From contig NW_027191462.1 in the NCBI RefSeq assembly GCF_011745625.1, forward strand, positions 310,001 through 374,000: 64,000 bases of DNA. The letters run 5' to 3'. This DNA is from Cladosporium halotolerans (lineage: Eukaryota). Shown here piece after piece: positions 59,027-64,000 of the stretch (position 1 is its first letter; each line of letters begins with the position of its first letter). The position numbers and the translations under genes were made by a program. Under the pieces are notes generated by a model. It saw nothing but the letters and a program-made list of their open reading frames with translations. It was not told where the DNA came from and ran no database searches.

Positions 59027-59823
59027 AACGAACGGCGAGAAGTCTTCTGAAGAGCGCAGTGGCGTCTGCACGCGAGTGAGGGTTAGCAGCAAGCCTTCTG
59101 ATATAAAGAGAGCGAAGAGCAGCGATTCACTAGCCGCCAGGCTGTGAGGCGACAGCTGTCGAACGGCAGTGCAAAGTCGCTACATCCCACGTACAGGTCC
59201 TGTGTGGCCAACTCAGCCTCCTTCAGCCTCGTCCGCGCATTCTCAATCTAGAAAGACTGTACCATTGTCTGCCCCGTCCTCCCGTGACCCTTGGTGAGTG
59301 GCGCCGTTTGAACATTCCGATTGCCCACCATTTGCGAAATTTTGAGGAGCCATGGCGAGTCAGTCAGTAGAGACTCCTGTTTCGCTCAGATGTAGGGATG
59401 TATGAGTCCTCACAAGAACACCCGGCGGCCAGGCGACGTTGCGGGCGCTTGCAGCAGCGCGGCGTTGTCAATCACACCCACGCGCGTCTCGCTTCGAGCG
59501 GTGTCGCAGGGTGTGCCGAGCTGTGCCGCCTGCTTGAATCTAGGCGAGACACATTATCATGGAAGCAAAAATGACATCTGCGCGGCATTGAGATGTATTT
59601 TGCGAAAGCAAGGTTTGATCTTTCTTCGATGCAATGAAGTCGGCAGCCCCGCGCTAGGAACTCACGTCTTTACAAATAGTCTATGGCGGAGCTGTGACGT
59701 TTGACGTGCCACTCGCTCGTCCAAGGTATCTTGTCTTCAATTCTAATGAAATTTTGCGCGCGAGCCTATGTACATTATGCCCCTCGTCGTATTAGCCGCC
59801 GTATCGTTCGTGTATCTCACCTC

Positions 59824-61538
59824 CTAGTCAAGGTCCCCGTCTCCGCCGGCGTCTGCCTTAGCACCACCGCTTGAAGGGTAGAAGTTGAGCTTGCCGCCCT
59901 CGCTGATCACGCCGGAGCGGTCATACATGCTCCTCGCTCTGACGTATGGGTCGAGCTTCCAGTAGTTCTCCGACAGGCGCTGCGCCAACCTCATCCTGCC
60001 CTCGCCCGCGTCCTCGCCTGCCACCCAGCTGAGAGTCTCGGCTTCGTACGACTTGACAAGTTCAGTCTTTTCGCTGAGGATTTTCTCCTTCGCGGCAGTG
60101 TCCTCCATTTGCTTGTTCTCGCCTTCGACGGGCTCGGGGTATTTGTACGTGTAGTCTTCGTCGCCACCGAGCTCCTTCGAGATCTGGCTCCGGGGGATAA
60201 ACTGCTGCAGGTCGTCGACGTTGCTGGCGAAGTGTACTTTGTTGGCCACCACGGGGTCGAGCCAGCCGCGGATGACCTTCCAGATGCCCTGGAAGACCCA
60301 GGGGGACTTGTAGACGAGCACGCTGCCGAGACATTCGGGGTAGTTGGCTTCGAAGCACTTGATCATGAACTTGACGGGTGTGTAGTCCATGTTCGCGAGT
60401 GAGAACTCGCTCATGTCGAAAACGATGGTCTGGGATGCAGAGTTAGTCATCTGATCTCCCGCAGAGCGAAGCGGCTTATACGTACAGCGGTGTCGACCGG
60501 AGGCTTGAGCATCATTCGTGTGGTCTCTATAGTATAGACAGTGAAATGCTCAAGCGACTTCTCGGACTGCTCGCCCTGCTTGTGTAGCCGCACGCGGACA
60601 TAGCAGCAGGGTCGGCCATCCTTGTCCAAACCATGCAAAAAGCTCTTGCCCATGCGCAACTGCGCCATGAAATCAGCACCCTCCTTCTTATCGCCGCCCG
60701 CGCCGTTCTTCGAGTCCTTGAACGCGCGCTCCTCGCCAGTGTACATGATCTGCTCGACGTTCATTTCCTTCGATCGCCAGTGCAGCGTCGAAACGAACAT
60801 GACCAACGCAGCGCTCACATCCCACTTCCTTGCGCGCAGGAAACGCAACAGCAGCGCATCTGGGTGATCGTGCTTAACCAGACTCCAGAACGCCTCCCTC
60901 AGCTCCTCGGGCTTCTGCGACGCCAGCGCCTGCTGGAACTCCTTCGTCTGGCCGTGCTTGTCATTGTTGTCGCCGTCCGCGCCGGCTCCCTCGTCCTTGT
61001 TCTTGCGCCCGAACAGCTTCATGCCCTTCGACTTGGGCTTCTTGCCGTCGCCGCTCGGATCCGGCGTCCCCGGCGTCGTCGTCGGCGTCGCCGCTCCGTT
61101 GCTGCTTGTGCCTTCGGGCGCCACACCGAAGATCTCCAGCGTCTGCGCCCACATCTCTTTCAGCTTCGTCTCCTGCTCGGGCGTGAGGGTGCCCGGTCGG
61201 CCCGGGGGCATTTGCGGCGCCATGACGTTTGGGTAGTTTTGCGCTTGGAGCGCGAGGGTTTTGTTTTCTGGATCGGATGCGCCGGCAGGCGGGGGATCGA
61301 GCGACGCCGGTGTATTTGTGTATCTGTCTAAAGCGTATGCGGCACCCACAGAGAGAGTGAAAGCGAGGACAAAAGCGACGGGTTCGACGGCAGCGTGCTT
61401 CGGGTTCTTCGGTGGAGCACGAGACGGAGACGCTCGAAGTGGCGGAGTCGGCTGTTGCGAATGGAGTTGTCGGGCGAGCGATCGGGGCGTGGAGAGGGCA
61501 GAAGTGAGGGTTCTGGGTCTCAGCGAGCGGGTGAACAT
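59824..61538 (-). CDS. CSR1: Sec14-like CRAL-TRIO phosphatidylinositol transfer protein (Csr1/Sfh2-like)
   Basis: HDHPDALLLRFLRARKWDV, GLDKDGRP, intron 60485-60430, IVFDMSEFSLANMDY..FEANYPECLG..GWLDPVVANKVHF. Second in-frame ATG at 61223. Confidence 0.88.
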
Positions 61539-61872
61539 AGGGGAGGATGTCACGCTGGTCGTCTTCACGATCTATGCGGCACCGGGGCGCAGCGCGAGTC
61601 CGGAGGATCTTTCTCAGCCCGGTGCTCGCGTGCGCGGGTGCCGCTGGAAGTGCCCTCCATGCAAAATGACGCCGCTTGCGCGCGGCAAGGGGCGGCGTTT
61701 GATGCTCTTCGAGCCGTGCGTGGCGGGGCAGTGGGCGATGCAATATCACGATCTTCACGACGCGCACTTGGCCAAAACATGAAGATTGAGAGCAGATGTT
61801 GCAGGCTGGGAGATGTATTGTCTATCATTCTATGGATCTGCGAGGCCAAAGTCGCCGGTGAGCTCTTTTGCT

Positions 61873-63068
61873 TCACAGAAACACGCGCAGCAGCTCTCCC
61901 AGCATCATGATCGCCATGCTTTGTCCGTAGGGCATGCTAGTCAGCTTGATATCCTTGTAATGTTGGAGGTCATGGCCCATGCCCGTTCCAAAACTAACAT
62001 CCCTGAGCTCGCCGTCGGGACTGATCCGCTCGATCACAGCTCTCACAGCCTTCAGCGCGACCTCTTCATATTCTTTGCTGATATACCTCTTGCGGATTGC
62101 CTTGAGCATGCCGTACGCGAACCCAGCAGTCGCAGAAGCTTCTGGATAGCTGCCCTCGCTCTCCGGTACGTCCAGCAAGGTACACCACATCCCATCCTTG
62201 CACTGTAATTTCTTCAGCGCTCGGCATTGCGCCTCGAGGGTGTCGATGAGGTGGATCCGCAGTGCATCGTTGGGCGGCAGGTCCAGCAGTTCGATGAAGT
62301 CTGGAATCACAATGGTGAGCCAGCTGTTTCCTCGAGCCCAGCGAGCACGAGCGAAGTTGTGGCCGAAGCCGCCCTCAGCGCTCTCGTCAAACTTCCAGCC
62401 GTGGAAGAAGAGGCCTGTCGTCGTATCGAAGAGATACTTGATGTGCACCAAAAATTGTCGCTTAGCCTCCTCGATATAATGAGGTCGGCCCAGCAGCTTG
62501 CCGATCTTGGCCAGTGGGAGCACGGTCATCATGAGGGTGTCATCCCAAAGCTCATTGTGGTTATCCGTGAGGTAAGTCATGTGTTGCATTCCGTCGAACG
62601 GTGTCCGAGGAAGCTCGTACATGGCCCACTCTGCCCACGAGTCTAGCCACGGCAGGTACGTCTGCTCTCCTGTTTTCTCATAGATGTACGCCAGGGTGAG
62701 AAAGACGGCCATCGTGTTAATGTTCTTGGTCGTGCCAGCTGCAAGTTGCTGGCTGAACCAGCTCTTGATAATCTTGAGGACATCTTCCGAGCCATGAAGC
62801 TCGTAGTACTGATACAGGCCATAGAGACCAATGCCGTGCGTCCACCTGATGAATAAATATGAGCACACGGGCATTCGAGTCCAAGTCGCGGCAGCACTTA
62901 CTCCCAGTCTTGCCAGCCTTTGGTGTCGATCACTCGGCCATCTGGCAAGCGCAAGAGAAACTCGCCAGTCTCATCTTTAATATTGACAAGATTGTCTGTG
63001 AGCAACCGGATCTTCTCGTGGATTCCGGTGCTCTGAAGGCCATGGACTGTTATCGGGGTTTGTGGCAT
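61873..63068 (-). CDS. Glycoside hydrolase family 105 (unsaturated rhamnogalacturonyl/glucuronyl hydrolase, YteR-like)
   Basis: Exon 63068-62902, intron 62901-62846: DTKGWQDWE|WTHGIGLYG; LWDDTLMM, TGLFFHGW, WARGNSW, EASATAGFAYG, MPYGQ. No signal peptide. Confidence 0.88.
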
Positions 63069-63642
63069 TTTGCTAATGACGCTGGGTTGAGCTTCTGTAA
63101 CCTCGACAATTGATTCAAAATCTGGATCAAGTCTGGGAAAGAAACACAGTAAACAGCTCTAGCCGACAAACAAAAGCATGCTATCTCGCGCGAATTGCTG
63201 CCGAGGCCCGGGTCATCTCATCTCGCTCACCTTCGACCCAAGAGACATGCCCTAGGCGCCCTTCTCCGCAGTTCACGACCACCCCACGCAAAACCCCAGA
63301 GGATCCCCGCGTGCTGAGCGCAAGCGAAGCGCTCGGGTTGCATTCCAAGGTCACGTCGCGAGGCTGCGTCTTAGCCTTTCTTTGGCCTGCTTGGCTCTGC
63401 AAAGCAATACATTTCCCACCACTCAGCGCTCTTGCTTTGGTGCCAATACATCCGTACTTCGGTGTCGAATGCCCGAGACGCTAAGTGGTGCAGTGGTATA
63501 TTGAAAGGTAAGGATAAGATGTGGGCACCCGCCCGCAATCGTAGTGGAGGACTGCTTCAGACTCGTCCTTTCTCCTTCTCTTTCTTGTAATCGCAGAAGC
63601 CTGCTGTCGGTGTTGCAATTTCCTCTTGCGAGTACGCTCACG

Positions 63643-64000
63643 ATGGCCGATGCAAAGCCCGATGCCGTTGCAGGCAAAGATGCCTCCAGCACTAAAGAAA
63701 TGAGGGAAGTGGAGCAGGTGATGTCGCACGATGAGGAGCTTTCCAAGGATCACCAGGACTACAGCCGCATGGACAAGGAAGTTGCCAAATATGCTACGGG
63801 CGAGCAAGTCATCATCACCGAAGAGGAGAACAAGCGTCTGAAGAAGATGATCGACAAGCGAGTGTTGACTATCATGGTCTTCACCTACTTCCTTCAGGCT
63901 CTGGATAAGGGCACCATGTCTTTCACGTCAATCATGGGACTCCAGCAGGACTTCAACCTGGTCGGCACCGAACTGTTTCCCTGGCTTACTACCTGTATCT
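63643..64000 (+). CDS. MFS transporter, allantoate permease (Dal5/ACS)-like; 5' part only
   Basis: MADAKPD..ITEEENKRLKKMIDKRVLTIMVFTYFLQALDKGTMSFTSIMGLQQDFNL..FPWLTTCI; open to window end. Confidence 0.87.
   Translation, partial: MADAKPDAVAGKDASSTKEMREVEQVMSHDEELSKDHQDYSRMDKEVAKYATGEQVIITEEENKRLKKMIDKRVLTIMVFTYFLQALDKGTMSFTSIMGLQQDFNLVGTELFPWLTTCI

Overview
Fungal (filamentous ascomycete, most likely Dothideomycete/Capnodiales-like) genomic DNA with short GT-AG introns. The left third is a DHN-melanin locus: a Cmr1/Amr1/Zmr1-type C2H2+Zn2Cys6 transcription factor (minus strand, truncated by the window edge, absent from the ORF track) is divergently oriented from a non-reducing PKS (SAT-KS-AT-PT-ACP-ACP-TE) across a ~15.6 kb spacer with no recognisable gene but rich in GC blocks and short repeats. 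The rest is gene-dense: RNA14, GMH1/UNC-50, a TauD-like dioxygenase, SWI1-like ARID protein, a small multi-exon Myb-like gene, a frameshifted tannase/feruloyl esterase, ClpP, UTP22, cystathionine gamma-synthase, SMC6, a Ytp1-like membrane protein, a nonsense-interrupted hypothetical gene, a Sec14/CRAL-TRIO protein, a GH105 hydrolase and the start of an MFS transporter. No tRNA, rRNA, CRISPR or transposon was recognised. The most striking unexplained structure is about a dozen 0.5-1 kb islands in which the + strand flips from C/A-rich through a CG-rich centre to G/T-rich, regardless of gene position or orientation. All calls are from manual reading and motif recognition; no database searches were run.
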